Shown one piece after another: positions 10,160 through 20,593 of a DNA stretch of 42,163 nt (positions within the stretch are counted from its first letter, which is position 1; every line of letters starts with the position of its first letter). The position numbers were made by a program, and so were the translations under genes. A model generated the notes under the pieces. The model saw only the letters and a list, made by a program, of their open reading frames with translations. It was not told where the DNA came from and ran no database searches. This stretch comes from Gammaproteobacteria bacterium (GTDB lineage Bacteria > Pseudomonadota > Gammaproteobacteria > PS1 > Pseudothioglobaceae), in contig JBBWVS010000118.1 of assembly GCA_050256335.1 (NCBI GenBank), positions 1 through 42,163 of the forward strand, in the 5' to 3' direction.

Positions 10160-10185
10160 GCTAACCTTGTTGTTACGAATCTAAC

Positions 10186-13038
10186 TTATGTATACGAATC
10201 CAAACTCGGACACGAACAAATCAAATTCTTATCACCATAAACATTGTCAACTCGAGCAACAGGCGACCAGTACTTGCCTTTTTGCAAACTTCTTACCGGA
10301 TAAGCCGCGTCTTCTCTCGAGTAAGAACAACTCCATGAAGAAGATGTTACCAGTTCTATTGTATGGGGAGCATTAATTAGCGGATTATCGTCCTCAGGCC
10401 ACTCACCCACTTCGATGCGTTTTATCTCTTGTCTAATGCGAATCATCGCATCACAAAAACGATCCAGCTCTTCCAATGACTCAGACTCTGTCGGCTCAAT
10501 CATCAGGGTGCCTGGCACAGGAAAAGACATGGTTGGCGCGTGAAAACCGTAATCGATTAAACGCTTAGCAATGTCATCAACACTAATGCCGACTGCGTCT
10601 TTAATTGGGCGCAAATCGACAATGCACTCATGAGCGACTCGGCCATTTTTACCCGTATAAAGAAGAGGATAGTATTCGGCCAAACGTGTTGCTATGTAAT
10701 TGGCGTTTAAAATAGCATTGGCCGTTACTTGGTACAAGCCCTCTTTACCCAGCATCGAGATATACATCCAGCTGATTGGAAGGATACTTGCTGAGCCCCA
10801 TGGGGCGCCTGAAACACTGCCTGTCGTTGTTTCTTTAAGCGGGGTTGTTGGTAAAAACTCAGCCAAATGCTGCTTAACACCAATAGGGCCAACGCCCGGA
10901 CCACCGCCACCATGTGGTATGGCAAAGGTTTTATGTAAATTAAGGTGGGAAACATCACCACCAAACTCCCCAGGAGCAGCGACACCGACCATGGCATTCA
11001 TGTTGGCACCATCAATATAAACTTGACCACCGGCTTGATGAATCATCTCGCACACTTCTCTAACGTCTTCTTCAAAAATACCATGTGTCGATGGATAAGT
11101 AATCATAATCGCGGCTAAATTCTCAGTGTGCTGCTCGCATTTATTTGCCAAGTCAACCAGATCAATATTGCCGTTTTCTGCCGTTTTCACGACCACAACT
11201 TTCATTCCCGCCATTTGTGCAGAAGCAGGGTTAGTGCCGTGTGCAGAAGCAGGAATTAAACAAACATTACGCTGCTCATCACCACGAGAATGATGATAAG
11301 CACTAATAGCCAAAAGCCCTGCATATTCACCTTGAGCACCTGAATTCGGCTGCAATGAAACAGCGTCATAGCCTGTTGCTTCACACAACATTCGCTCTAA
11401 CTCGCTAATCATTTTATGATAGCCCGGAACTTGCTCAAGTGGCACATAGGGGTGAATTTGCGAAAATTCCGGCCAAGAAATTGGGATTAATTCAGCGGCT
11501 GCATTGAGTTTCATGGTGCATGAGCCCAAAGGAATCATCGCACGATCAAGTGCTAAATCCTTATCCGCTAAATGGCGCAGATAGCGCATCATTTTGGTTT
11601 CAGAATGATGAGCGGAGAAAATCTTGTGCGTCAAAAATGACGATGTTCTCACCAAAGCTTCATCGATTTCACTGTTATTCTTCTCAAAAATACTCTGCGC
11701 ACTAAGATCGGATTTTTGCTTAAAAACACACCATAAGGCTTCTATATCTTCAGGCGTGGAGAGCTCATCAAAGGCAACAGACACTAAGTTATTTGAAATA
11801 AGATTAATGTTATATCCGGCAGCTTCAGCCAGTTTAATAACCTCACTTGAGTCATCGACCTTAATCGTAATAGTATCGAAAAAATTTCCGTTAACTACCT
11901 CAAGTCCTAACTGCTTAATACCATCGACGAATACCGCCGTATAGCGAAACACTCTTTGCGCTACTTTAGTGAGGCCTTCAGGGCCGTTATAAACGGCATA
12001 CATACCCGCCATGATAGCCAGCAGTGCTTGTGCAGTACAAATATTACTCGTCGCTTTTTCACGACGAATGTGCTGTTCACGTGTTTGCAAAGCCAAGCGA
12101 TAAGCTGGGTTGCCATTTGCATCGATGGACAAACCAATAATTCGACCCGGCAAAGCTCTCTTGTGTTCATCCCGAGTGGACATGTAAGCGGCATGTGGGC
12201 CGCCATACCCTAGCGGCACGCCAAATCTCTGAGTATTACCTATAGCAATATCAGCACCCATTTCTCCTGGTGGCTTTAATAGCGTTAACGCCAACAAATC
12301 GGCGCTCATTGCAACCAGTGCCTTATTGTTGTGAGCGGTTTCAATAATGTCTGAATAATCACTATAACCACCGTAGGTGTTTGGATACTGCAGTAAAACA
12401 CCAAACACATCAAGTCCCTCAAGATCGCGTAGTGGATCACCAATAATAACTTCAATATTCAATGGCTTGGCTCGGGTTTGAACCAACTCAATATTCCTTG
12501 GGTGGCAATCATTGGCAACAAAAAATGCATTGCTTTTAGATTTACTCACTCTTTTGCAAAAACTCATTGCTTCAGCACAAGCGGTCGCCTCATCAAGCAT
12601 CGAGGCGTTGGCAAGTGGTAATCCGGTCAAATCTGCAACCATCGTCTGAAAATTAATCATTGCCTCCATCCGGCCTTGAGAAATTTCAGCCTGATAAGGC
12701 GTGTAAGCCGTATACCAAGCAGGATTTTCCAAAATATTTCGCTGAATAACCGGCGGTGTGATGGTGTTGTAGTAGCCCTGACCAATAAAAGATTTAAGGC
12801 GCTTGTTTTCCCTTGCCAAATTTCTCAATTTTTTGAGTGCCGCTAGCTCTGAAAGGCCCTCGTCAATATTCATTTCCGACTGTCGGCGAATATTGCTGGG
12901 AACAACTTGATCCAACAAGTCCTCCACATCATTCACACCCAAGTAATCAAGCATGTGTTGCTTTTGGGTCGCTGACGAACCAATATGCCTATCGGCAAAT
13001 ACATCGTTATTTAATAAGGCTTCAATCTTTTCACTCAT
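10186..13038 (-). CDS. gcvP: Glycine dehydrogenase (decarboxylating), P protein, single chain
   Basis: [42 protein letters not shown] lysine motif [15 protein letters not shown]. Confidence 0.98.
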   Translation of the reverse strand: MSEKIEALLNNDVFADRHIGSSATQKQHMLDYLGVNDVEDLLDQVVPSNIRRQSEMNIDEGLSELAALKKLRNLARENKRLKSFIGQGYYNTITPPVIQRNILENPAWYTAYTPYQAEISQGRMEAMINFQTMVADLTGLPLANASMLDEATACAEAMSFCKRVSKSKSNAFFVANDCHPRNIELVQTRAKPLNIEVIIGDPLRDLEGLDVFGVLLQYPNTYGGYSDYSDIIETAHNNKALVAMSADLLALTLLKPPGEMGADIAIGNTQRFGVPLGYGGPHAAYMSTRDEHKRALPGRIIGLSIDANGNPAYRLALQTREQHIRREKATSNICTAQALLAIMAGMYAVYNGPEGLTKVAQRVFRYTAVFVDGIKQLGLEVVNGNFFDTITIKVDDSSEVIKLAEAAGYNINLISNNLVSVAFDELSTPEDIEALWCVFKQKSDLSAQSIFEKNNSEIDEALVRTSSFLTHKIFSAHHSETKMMRYLRHLADKDLALDRAMIPLGSCTMKLNAAAELIPISWPEFSQIHPYVPLEQVPGYHKMISELERMLCEATGYDAVSLQPNSGAQGEYAGLLAISAYHHSRGDEQRNVCLIPASAHGTNPASAQMAGMKVVVVKTAENGNIDLVDLANKCEQHTENLAAIMITYPSTHGIFEEDVREVCEMIHQAGGQVYIDGANMNAMVGVAAPGEFGGDVSHLNLHKTFAIPHGGGGPGVGPIGVKQHLAEFLPTTPLKETTTGSVSGAPWGSASILPISWMYISMLGKEGLYQVTANAILNANYIATRLAEYYPLLYTGKNGRVAHECIVDLRPIKDAVGISVDDIAKRLIDYGFHAPTMSFPVPGTLMIEPTESESLEELDRFCDAMIRIRQEIKRIEVGEWPEDDNPLINAPHTIELVTSSSWSCSYSREDAAYPVRSLQKGKYWSPVARVDNVYGDKNLICSCPSLDSYT

Positions 13039-13050
13039 TCTTTTCTCACT

Positions 13051-13422
13051 TTATTCTTCAATAAATTCTTGGTAAGCCGCTTCGTCCATTAAGGCATCAA
13101 ACTCAGCAGTATCGGAAAGCTTCATCTTGACAAACCAACCTTCCACCATTGGATCTTCAGAGGCCAGTTCTGGTTCATCGTTAAGACGATCATTGACCGC
13201 TATAATCTCGCCAGAAACAGGCGCCACCAAATCAGAGGCCGCCTTAACAGACTCAATAATACAAATGTTATCGCCTTGACTGACTTCATCGCTGACTTCA
13301 GGTAATTCAATAAAAACCAGATCACCGAGTTGTTCTTGAGCGAACTCTGTAATACCAACAGTAACCAATCCATCTTCTGTTAGTTCGACCCATTCATGAT
13401 CTTCTGAATATTTAATTGTCAT
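13051..13422 (-). CDS. gcvH: Glycine cleavage H protein
   Basis: YSEDHEWV, GITEFAQEQLGD, lipoyl-lysine motif IESVKAASD. Confidence 0.98.
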   Translation of the reverse strand: MTIKYSEDHEWVELTEDGLVTVGITEFAQEQLGDLVFIELPEVSDEVSQGDNICIIESVKAASDLVAPVSGEIIAVNDRLNDEPELASEDPMVEGWFVKMKLSDTAEFDALMDEAAYQEFIEE

Positions 13423-13442
13423 ATCATCTCCTTGTGTGGCAC

Positions 13443-14579
13443 TCAGCCACGGTAATAATTGTGTTTTACAAATGGCAGTTTGACCACCTCAACTGCAAGC
13501 TTTTTCTCGCGCACAATGGCGAATAGTTTTTTTGTACCGCCGCTCAGCGCAGACTCAATTCTAGCAATAACGATCGGTTTTCCAGTCGTCGGCCCGAAGC
13601 CGCCACTGGTTACCTTGCCAACAACATTATCCTCATCATCGACAATCAACGCACCGTCACGAACGGGCGCCCTACCTTCTGGCTGAAGTCCAACAATTTT
13701 TTGTGTCACACCTTCGTCAATATGATTCATGACAGTCATCGCACCGGGGTATCCACCCGCACGCATGCCGCCAGACCTTCTCACTTTTGACAGAGCCCAA
13801 ACAAGCGAAGATTCAACCGGGCTGTGCTCTGTATCCAGCTCATGGCCGTAAAGAGACAAGCCTGCCTCTAAACGTAATGAATCTCTAGCGCCAAGCCCAA
13901 CCCATTCAACAGCCTCATGCGCTAAAAGGCATTTAGCCAGCTGTTGCGCTTGATCATTGCGGACTGAAATCTCAAACCCATCTTCACCGCTATAGCCGGA
14001 TCGTGTTGCTAGACATTCAATACCTTCAATGATCAAAACCTTAGCGGTCATAAAAGTCATTTCACGGGACTCAGGTGCTAATGCTGCCAACACCTCTCCA
14101 GCTTGTGGCCCCTGCAAAGCTAAAAGTGCATAGTCTTCCAGTATTTTGATTTCACACTCATTGCCAATCGAGTTCTGTAAATGAGCAAAATCGGCTTGTT
14201 TACAGCCAGCATTGACCACTAACAGCAAACAGTCGTTACCAATGTTAGTCACCATTAAATCGTCAAGAACACCGCCATTGTCGTTGGTAAAAAGCGCATA
14301 GCGTTGCTTCATTAATGGCAAATCAATAATATCGACCGGCACTAAGGATTCCAATGCTTTTTTTGCGTTTTCTCCAATCAGTTTGACTTGCCCCATGTGC
14401 GAGACATCAAAAAGGCCCGCTTTTTCACGCGCGTGCAAATGTTCTTTTTTTACACCCAGTGGATAACTAACTGGCATGTTGTAGCCTGCAAAAGGCACCA
14501 TTTTCGCACCCGCATCAATATGCATTGGGTGAAATACCGTAGTGAATTCATTTATAGTTTCTTTCATCGCAAGACCCAT
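13443..14579 (-). CDS. gcvT: Glycine cleavage T protein (aminomethyltransferase)
   Basis: PFAGYNMP, GLFDVSHMG, RSGYSGEDGFE, GLGARDSLRLEAG; start may be the ATG at 14567. Confidence 0.97.
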   Translation of the reverse strand: MGLAMKETINEFTTVFHPMHIDAGAKMVPFAGYNMPVSYPLGVKKEHLHAREKAGLFDVSHMGQVKLIGENAKKALESLVPVDIIDLPLMKQRYALFTNDNGGVLDDLMVTNIGNDCLLLVVNAGCKQADFAHLQNSIGNECEIKILEDYALLALQGPQAGEVLAALAPESREMTFMTAKVLIIEGIECLATRSGYSGEDGFEISVRNDQAQQLAKCLLAHEAVEWVGLGARDSLRLEAGLSLYGHELDTEHSPVESSLVWALSKVRRSGGMRAGGYPGAMTVMNHIDEGVTQKIVGLQPEGRAPVRDGALIVDDEDNVVGKVTSGGFGPTTGKPIVIARIESALSGGTKKLFAIVREKKLAVEVVKLPFVKHNYYRG

Positions 14580-14619
14580 ATTATTACTCTTTACTATCTT
14601 GTTAATATTCCTATAGTTA

Positions 14620-14655
14620 CAGTTATTAACTGAGTATTAACTGAGTATTAACTGA
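14620..14655. repeat. 11-bp tandem repeat TATTAACTGAG (about 2.9 copies) overlapping the inverted repeat CAGTTA-T-TAACTG
   Basis: Copies at 14624-14634, 14635-14645 and 14646-14655; palindrome at 14620-14632; 40-75 bp upstream of gcvT. Confidence 0.85.
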
Positions 14656-14752
14656 TATAATAAAATAAAGATGTGTTTAGTTATATTCAATCTGAATAAA
14701 TTATAAACATAATTGAATTAAAGAAGCGAGTATTTTTAGTTTAATTCACTTG

Positions 14753-15955
14753 TTATTGAATTAAACTATCTTCGAATGGATAATGGGTTAATACTTGGGT
14801 ACCTGTTTCGTTCACTAATACCATTTGCTCAAGCTTGACACCGACAGTGCCGCCCTTTGCGCCGGAGTAGCTCTCGACACATAAAACCGTATTAACCTCG
14901 ACGATACCGTCATAGCCATCTTTAGCCCAATCATCCTGATAGTAAATTTTGGGATACTCGTCAGAAAGGCCGGCGCCGTGATAGACACAAACATAGTGAT
15001 TATGCTGATAGATTTTTTTGCGTTTAAAGGCTTTTTCAGCCAACTCTGCAAAACTCATGCCCGGTTTGATAATATCGATATTGAAATGCACCTCATCAAA
15101 AGCATGTTGATAAGCGTCTCTTTGAGCTTGTGTGCCAGTGCCACCACCACAAACCCAAGACCTGGAGATATCCGCCATATAACCTCTTGGGCCAATAAGG
15201 TCGGTGTCAAAAGCAATCATGTCGCCTTGTTCAATCACACGCTCCGTTGCCTCTTGCAGCCAAGGGTTGGTTCGCGGACCAGATGAAAGCATGTGTCCCT
15301 CCATCCAGCAGCCGTTATTAGCCACATTGACCTGATGCAGAATTGACCAAAGTTGACGTTCTGTCATGCCAGCTCTGGTATTCGCTTGCATTAAATGCAT
15401 GCCGTATTCTGTCACGGCGATAGAATGCTTGATGCATTCAATCTCAGTACTGGATTTAATCACCTTGGCTTGCTCAACCAGACAATCTGCATCGGTTACT
15501 ACAAGTCCCATGGACTCCAGAGCCTGAACAGCAAGCGGTGTAAACCTCTCTAAAGCAATGGCATTGCCAGCTTGATGCAATTGATGTTTTGCAATAAATG
15601 ACTTCACGTCATTGGCAAAAAGTCGCGTTTTTTCACGCAAATCAAAACCGCCATCAAAAGGACTGATAAAACGAGATCTCTGATAGCTAGCAACATTGGG
15701 AAAATCTTGGCTGATTGCGCCGTGCATGACAAGAGGACCCTCAATAGGTACAAACAAATAACAAGTGGGGATATGCGCCTGAAAGACTTGATACTCATCA
15801 AAATCAATAGCGTATCTAAGACTGATGGGGTTGGCCAAAATACACAAGTTGATGTTTTTCTCTGCCATCACTTGACGCAACCGTGCCAGACGATAATCAC
15901 ACATTTTCTGCCACGTGCTGTTAGAAAATTGAGGGGCTGGTATTAATTTTGTCAT
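14753..15955 (-). CDS. M24 metallo-enzyme, divergent DddP (DMSP lyase)-like
   Basis: YRLARL, SGPRTNPWLQE, FDTDLIG..GYMADISRSW, YHGAGLSDEYP, LCVES, KLEQMV: DddP-type metal ligands, but the N-domain differs from canonical DddP. Confidence 0.75.
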   Translation of the reverse strand: MTKLIPAPQFSNSTWQKMCDYRLARLRQVMAEKNINLCILANPISLRYAIDFDEYQVFQAHIPTCYLFVPIEGPLVMHGAISQDFPNVASYQRSRFISPFDGGFDLREKTRLFANDVKSFIAKHQLHQAGNAIALERFTPLAVQALESMGLVVTDADCLVEQAKVIKSSTEIECIKHSIAVTEYGMHLMQANTRAGMTERQLWSILHQVNVANNGCWMEGHMLSSGPRTNPWLQEATERVIEQGDMIAFDTDLIGPRGYMADISRSWVCGGGTGTQAQRDAYQHAFDEVHFNIDIIKPGMSFAELAEKAFKRKKIYQHNHYVCVYHGAGLSDEYPKIYYQDDWAKDGYDGIVEVNTVLCVESYSGAKGGTVGVKLEQMVLVNETGTQVLTHYPFEDSLIQ

Positions 15956-15986
15956 GCGCCTGTTCTCTTGTTAATTCGCTGAGCTA

Positions 15987-16919
15987 TCAATAACCCACTA
16001 CAGGGTCGTAAAGTGGAAAGGGGGCCTCTCCTCCCTCTATTCTGCGAATATTGTCAACCATAAACATCGCCGCCGTCTCACCATTGCTTTGGCCGGCGAT
16101 ATGCGGGGTAATGATGACGTTGGGGTGTGACCAAAGTGGATTACTATCAGGTAAAGGCTCGACATCAAATACATCCAACACGGCACCAGAAATATGACCA
16201 CTATCAAGCAAAGACAAAAGATCGCCTTCATTAATGATGCAGCCTCTGCCCATATTGATGACAAAGGCGCCCTGGGGAAGTTGACTCAACTCACGTTCTG
16301 TTACTCTGTTTCTGGTTGCATCGGTGAGTGGCAATACATTAATCAAAATCTCAGTCTTATTTAAAAAAGCACTCATTTGCTCTATGCCATAAAAATATTC
16401 AACAACGCCGGTCGAGCGCTTCTCGCTTGCACCCCAGCCAACAACGTTAAATCCTTGACTAGCCAACAGCGCCGCAATTTGCTTGCCAATATTGCCCAGG
16501 CCCATAATGCCGATTGTGCGATCTTTTGGTGCAACAAAGTCTTGCGCCAGCCATTGTTGTTTCGACTGTTGTTTGACATAGCGATGGTAATCACTGTGAA
16601 AATGCAGCACCCAATGGAGTGCATACAAACACATGTCACGTGTCAGGGCATCATCCGCCATACGCACGATAGGTACATCGCTGGGCAATTCGGGATCTTT
16701 GATTATATGGTCCACACCTGCGCCGAGTGATAAGATGGCTTTTAGATTTGGGTATTTTTTATATTCAGAAAAAGGATGTTGCCAAGCGGCAACGTACTCA
16801 ATGTCGCACGGATCTCCTACATCCGGGTAAACCCGGATGTCCATATCACCCAACTCAGCTTCAAAGACCTCTAGCCATGGCGCAATATCTGTATCGGTAA
16901 GACTGACGAGTAATGCCAT
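15987..16919 (-). CDS. ghrA: Glyoxylate/hydroxypyruvate reductase A-like D-2-hydroxyacid dehydrogenase
   Basis: LGAGVDHI, GIMGLGNIG, INMGRG, LDVFDVEPLP, TPHIAG (R-E-H catalytic set). Confidence 0.8.
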   Translation of the reverse strand: MALLVSLTDTDIAPWLEVFEAELGDMDIRVYPDVGDPCDIEYVAAWQHPFSEYKKYPNLKAILSLGAGVDHIIKDPELPSDVPIVRMADDALTRDMCLYALHWVLHFHSDYHRYVKQQSKQQWLAQDFVAPKDRTIGIMGLGNIGKQIAALLASQGFNVVGWGASEKRSTGVVEYFYGIEQMSAFLNKTEILINVLPLTDATRNRVTERELSQLPQGAFVINMGRGCIINEGDLLSLLDSGHISGAVLDVFDVEPLPDSNPLWSHPNVIITPHIAGQSNGETAAMFMVDNIRRIEGGEAPFPLYDPVVGY

Positions 16920-16933
16920 AATTTCAATGTGTC

Positions 16934-17827
16934 CTAACTGCGCAAAATTTGATCATGCTGCTCTTCCATTAAACGAATAATACTTAGATGTGGGGCGCTT
17001 GCACCGTAGACGCTTGTTGCTTCCTGATAAGTACTATAGACCTTGTCAGCAAGCGGCATTTTCACCTCAAGATGTCTGCCTAATTCGGTAATTAAGCGCA
17101 TATCTTTTTGTGCAAGACCGAGTGCAAAAGAGGTATCGTAGCTGCCATCGAGAACTTTTGGAATGTAACTTTCTACAACATAGCTTCTTGCGCAACTGCT
17201 CATGAGCACAGAGTGTAACACACTCAGATCTAGATTTGCTTTAGCACCCAACATCAGTGTTTCGCCAATGCCCTGAGCAACAAGGTAATTTAAATGGAGT
17301 TGCGCTAATTTAGTCACATATCCTGCACCAGAAGGACCCATACGCACCACGTTTGCAGCAAAGACACTTAATAAAGATTCAAATTGGCTAAGCACTGCCT
17401 CATCAATACCCAGAAAAATTGCCAATGTACCTGCCAAGGCGCCCTCGGCACCACCACTGACTGGCGCATCAACCAAGGCCAGATGACTCGGCGCCTCACT
17501 CTTCACTTTTTGCCATTCGGATAATTCATTGGTGCTGGTTTCAAACCAAGTTGCACCCTCTTTAAGGTTGGCAAGAATGCCGTCATCGCCAAAAGCTAAA
17601 AGATTGACCTCTTTGGAACTTGGTAGCGAAGTAAACAACACTTCGCACTGGCAGCATAACCCGGCAACACTCTGCCCATGAATCGCGCCCTTGGCAACCA
17701 CGTCAGCCAATACTGTTTCGTTAATATCAAAAACAATGAGTGTGTCACCAGATTTTTGGCAATGCTTGAGCAGATTAAGCGCCATGCCAGCGCCCATATT
17801 GCCAAGACCGATAAATCCAATATTCAT
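16934..17827 (-). CDS. Beta-hydroxyacid dehydrogenase (3-hydroxyisobutyrate / tartronate semialdehyde reductase family)
   Basis: IGFIGLGNMG, DAPVSGG, catalytic Lys in GAGYVTKLAQ, FALGLAQKDM. Confidence 0.85.
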   Translation of the reverse strand: MNIGFIGLGNMGAGMALNLLKHCQKSGDTLIVFDINETVLADVVAKGAIHGQSVAGLCCQCEVLFTSLPSSKEVNLLAFGDDGILANLKEGATWFETSTNELSEWQKVKSEAPSHLALVDAPVSGGAEGALAGTLAIFLGIDEAVLSQFESLLSVFAANVVRMGPSGAGYVTKLAQLHLNYLVAQGIGETLMLGAKANLDLSVLHSVLMSSCARSYVVESYIPKVLDGSYDTSFALGLAQKDMRLITELGRHLEVKMPLADKVYSTYQEATSVYGASAPHLSIIRLMEEQHDQILRS

Positions 17828-17838
17828 TTTATTTTCCC

Positions 17839-18723
17839 TTAATCGGTTAAGTTGTCAACGCGCTCTAAATTACGCTCATGGTGAATCGCCATAGAACGAC
17901 CATAGAATGCTTCAGCATGGTGCGGCCTATTGACCAAATACGGGTTGGTAACATAAGTTGGTAGGGCAATAATTCGTGGTGATTGACCTTGGGTAGTTGT
18001 GACTCTGTGCATCGAGTAGCGGCCTTTAAATATTTGTAGGTCACCCGTTTTTAAACTCAGCACCCGCACCTTTTCTCGGGCACCATGCAAGACCGCACCA
18101 ACATCATCAAAACACTCATTATTGGCAGAGCGAATATCGGGTGCATACTCAAAATCACCGCCTTCTTCAGCCTCACTGACAAGAATACTCACGGTAAAGT
18201 CATTACCGTCAAAATGCCACGGGAAATAGTCGCCATCCTTCATCACACTGTACGGATTACGACCTAATGGTTCTGCCCAACGATATATTGGGCCAACATT
18301 CAGGCAATCGGAAACAAAATGCACCATGACATCACTGTCGTAAATCATTCTTAAAATCGAATCGCCTTCCAGTAAATCGGAATTAATAAAGGAGGACGTT
18401 CTTTCTTCAAAAAAACGCGTTGGGTGGTCTTCCGGCAAACGGGTGTCTTCTTTGGTGAGATAAGGGTTCACCCATGCGTGCGCTCGCCTTGCCCCATCCA
18501 TAATTCGAAAAGCCTCTTCCTTCATTTTCTTAATGGCAGGTGGAATAATAAAATCCGGCACATGAGCGCAACCCCATTTTTCTAGGCTTTGGCGACACTG
18601 CGCAACAAGCTTTGCTCTTTTTTCACAGGTTAAATCGTGAATAGGAAATCGTTCTAAATCGAGAAAATCTTCCAGTCTAATCTCATGAGCACTAAAGGCG
18701 GAAGGTGTTGAAATAACGGACAT
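17839..18723 (-). CDS. Fe(II)/2-oxoglutarate dioxygenase, BesD/HalD (ArpA-like) family, predicted hydroxylase
   Basis: PWHFDGNDFTVSIL (HxD), EEGGDFEYAPDIR, GDLQIFKGRYSMHRVT (distal His), downstream 2OG-binding Arg. Asp in HxD argues for hydroxylase, not halogenase. Confidence 0.78.
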   Translation of the reverse strand: MSVISTPSAFSAHEIRLEDFLDLERFPIHDLTCEKRAKLVAQCRQSLEKWGCAHVPDFIIPPAIKKMKEEAFRIMDGARRAHAWVNPYLTKEDTRLPEDHPTRFFEERTSSFINSDLLEGDSILRMIYDSDVMVHFVSDCLNVGPIYRWAEPLGRNPYSVMKDGDYFPWHFDGNDFTVSILVSEAEEGGDFEYAPDIRSANNECFDDVGAVLHGAREKVRVLSLKTGDLQIFKGRYSMHRVTTTQGQSPRIIALPTYVTNPYLVNRPHHAEAFYGRSMAIHHERNLERVDNLTD

Positions 18724-18725
18724 TA

Positions 18726-19463
18726 TTACTGTTTATAGGAAGGATCTAATCGTTCACAACGACGTAACAATCCTGGCCACTCATACACGCCTGGTGAAAA
18801 TGCCTCGTATTGCTTAGACGCAATTGGCCACAAATGTTCAGGGCCTGAATCCACCTCTAAGTTGGAGGCTGTGACACTGAGTGCAACTTCACAGAGGCGA
18901 ATCAAATAATACATATTCATAAAGCATTGGCCAGCAGTCTCACCGACCGTCAAAAATCCATGGTTACGCATCACCAAGCAAGAATTATCGCCCAAATTAT
19001 CAGCAATTCGCAAACGTTCATCTGGGTCTACCGATAAGCCCTCCCAGTCGTGATAACCCACTTTTCCGTAAAGCATCGCGGAATCTTGTACTAGAAATGG
19101 AATCTCCTTAAAAGCGGTTGCTGCAATTGCGCTCGCTGGATGCGCATGAAAAACAAATTTGTTGTTCGAGTGATTTAGGTGAATGGCACTGTGAATGATA
19201 AAGCCGGCCGTATTCACATCGCTCGGCCCTTCTAAAACATTACCCTCTTCGTCTACTTTAATTAAGTTGGAGGCGCACACTTCTTCATAAGTGAGGCCAA
19301 AACGATGCATGTAAAAATGGTGCGCTGAGCCCGGCACTCTTGCAGTAATATGATTCCAAACAGTATCGTCCCAGCCATTCATTGCTGTTAGTCGAAACAT
19401 TGCCGCTAGATCGATTCTAACCTTTTCTTGCTCTTGTTCAAGAGTCATAATACTTGTACCCAT
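18726..19463 (-). CDS. Class II aldolase/adducin family protein
   Basis: WNHITARVP, AGFIIHSAIH, VFHAHP, MRNHG (metal-binding His triad); start may be the ATG at 19448. Confidence 0.88.
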   Translation of the reverse strand: MGTSIMTLEQEQEKVRIDLAAMFRLTAMNGWDDTVWNHITARVPGSAHHFYMHRFGLTYEEVCASNLIKVDEEGNVLEGPSDVNTAGFIIHSAIHLNHSNNKFVFHAHPASAIAATAFKEIPFLVQDSAMLYGKVGYHDWEGLSVDPDERLRIADNLGDNSCLVMRNHGFLTVGETAGQCFMNMYYLIRLCEVALSVTASNLEVDSGPEHLWPIASKQYEAFSPGVYEWPGLLRRCERLDPSYKQ

Positions 19464-19490
19464 GGCTGTTTTATAAAAACCAAAGAGCTA

Positions 19491-19554
19491 AATATACGCC
19501 TTGATGCAAAAAGTACCGCAATAAATAATTATAACACCTATCGAAAATAACGAT
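19491..19554 (-). promoter_or_regulatory. LysR-dependent promoter of the aldolase-dioxygenase operon (ATCG-N7-CGAT box, second site, -10 TATATT)
   Basis: Minus strand ATCGTTATTTTCGATAGGTGTTATAATTATTTATTGCGGTAC, 35/42 identical (hand count) to 20499-20540; TATATT 58 nt from the box start in both. Confidence 0.8.
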
Positions 19555-19625
19555 ATATCCACGGCCTATATTTTGTATAATCATAATATCTAATAGATAC
19601 CCTGGTTTATTAGCGGGAGGGCTAA

Positions 19626-20471
19626 ATGAACATTGAACATATGCGTACGTTCCTAGAAGTCAGCTCATCGGGAAGCTTTCAGGCGTCTGCCGAAAAATTG
19701 CACGTTACTCAATCCACTGTTAGCGCTAGAATTAAGGCACTAGAAGACCAACTCAACCGATCTCTCATTATCAGAAAACGTAATGGTTGCGAATTGACAA
19801 CTGCTGGTAGACTTTTTCATAAACACGCTGTTGCCGCCGTTCAAGCTTGGGAAAGAGCACGTCAAGAAATTGCCTTGCCAGATGATATGACCGGTGTCTT
19901 TAGTTTTGGCATTCAACTCAACCATTGGGATTATATTGCGCCTAAATGGCTGGAATATATGCAGCAAACCGAGCCAAGTATTGCCACAAGGGTGATTAGT
20001 GATTATTCGGATCCGCTAATGGCCCAACTGCGAGATGGTCATATTGATATGGCCATTCTTTACCGCCCAATCCACCAACCCAATATCCATATAGAGCAGC
20101 TGATGGACGATAAACTGTTGCTGGTGTCTACCGAACCACGTATTCTTGAAATGGGACGAGTAGACGGCTATGCGTTTGTTGATTGGGGCGACGAATTCCG
20201 CGCCCAACATAACCTTGCCTTTCCTAGGGCCTATATTCCCAAAATATCGTTCGGCGTGGCAGATGTTGCCCTCAACCATATTCTGAAGAATGGCGGCTCC
20301 GGTTACTTTATTGAAGGCGTGGTCAAACACATGCTCGAATCCGGCAAATTATTTGTGGTTGAAAACGCGCCCGTTTTCCGCCGCCCAACTTACTTAGGCT
20401 ATCCGACAAATGCCGTCGATTCAAAATTGCACAAAGCAGCCATTCGCGCATTAAGACGAATCATTCAGTAA
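19626..20471 (+). CDS. LysR-family transcriptional regulator
   Basis: TFLEV..SGSFQASAEKLHVTQSTVSARIKALE HTH, ELTTAG; strong RBS GGGAGG; divergent from the aldolase operon. Confidence 0.95.
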   Translation: MNIEHMRTFLEVSSSGSFQASAEKLHVTQSTVSARIKALEDQLNRSLIIRKRNGCELTTAGRLFHKHAVAAVQAWERARQEIALPDDMTGVFSFGIQLNHWDYIAPKWLEYMQQTEPSIATRVISDYSDPLMAQLRDGHIDMAILYRPIHQPNIHIEQLMDDKLLLVSTEPRILEMGRVDGYAFVDWGDEFRAQHNLAFPRAYIPKISFGVADVALNHILKNGGSGYFIEGVVKHMLESGKLFVVENAPVFRRPTYLGYPTNAVDSKLHKAAIRALRRIIQ

Positions 20472-20498
20472 CTTAACCAACGATCCCAAGGAATTGAA

Positions 20499-20562
20499 AT
20501 CGTTTTTTTCGATAAGTGTTATAATGTTTTATCGCAATACCTCTTATCCCAAAGCGTATATT
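20499..20562 (+). promoter_or_regulatory. LysR-dependent promoter of the enolase-FrhB pair
   Basis: ATCGTTTTTTTCGATAAGTGTTATAATGTTTTATCGCAATAC followed by GCGTATATT (-10 at 20557-20562); near copy of the 19491-19554 element. Confidence 0.8.
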
Positions 20563-20593
20563 GTTCTTTTTTAAGTAGAAGTTATGCTGATAA

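Noticed and set aside
14620-14655. CRISPR array or iteron
   Set aside because: Contiguous 11-bp units with no spacers, only about three copies, and no cas or rep genes.
17839-18723. Halogenated natural product cluster
   Set aside because: HxD motif retained, no ligase, NRPS or tailoring genes, and the neighbours are catabolic.
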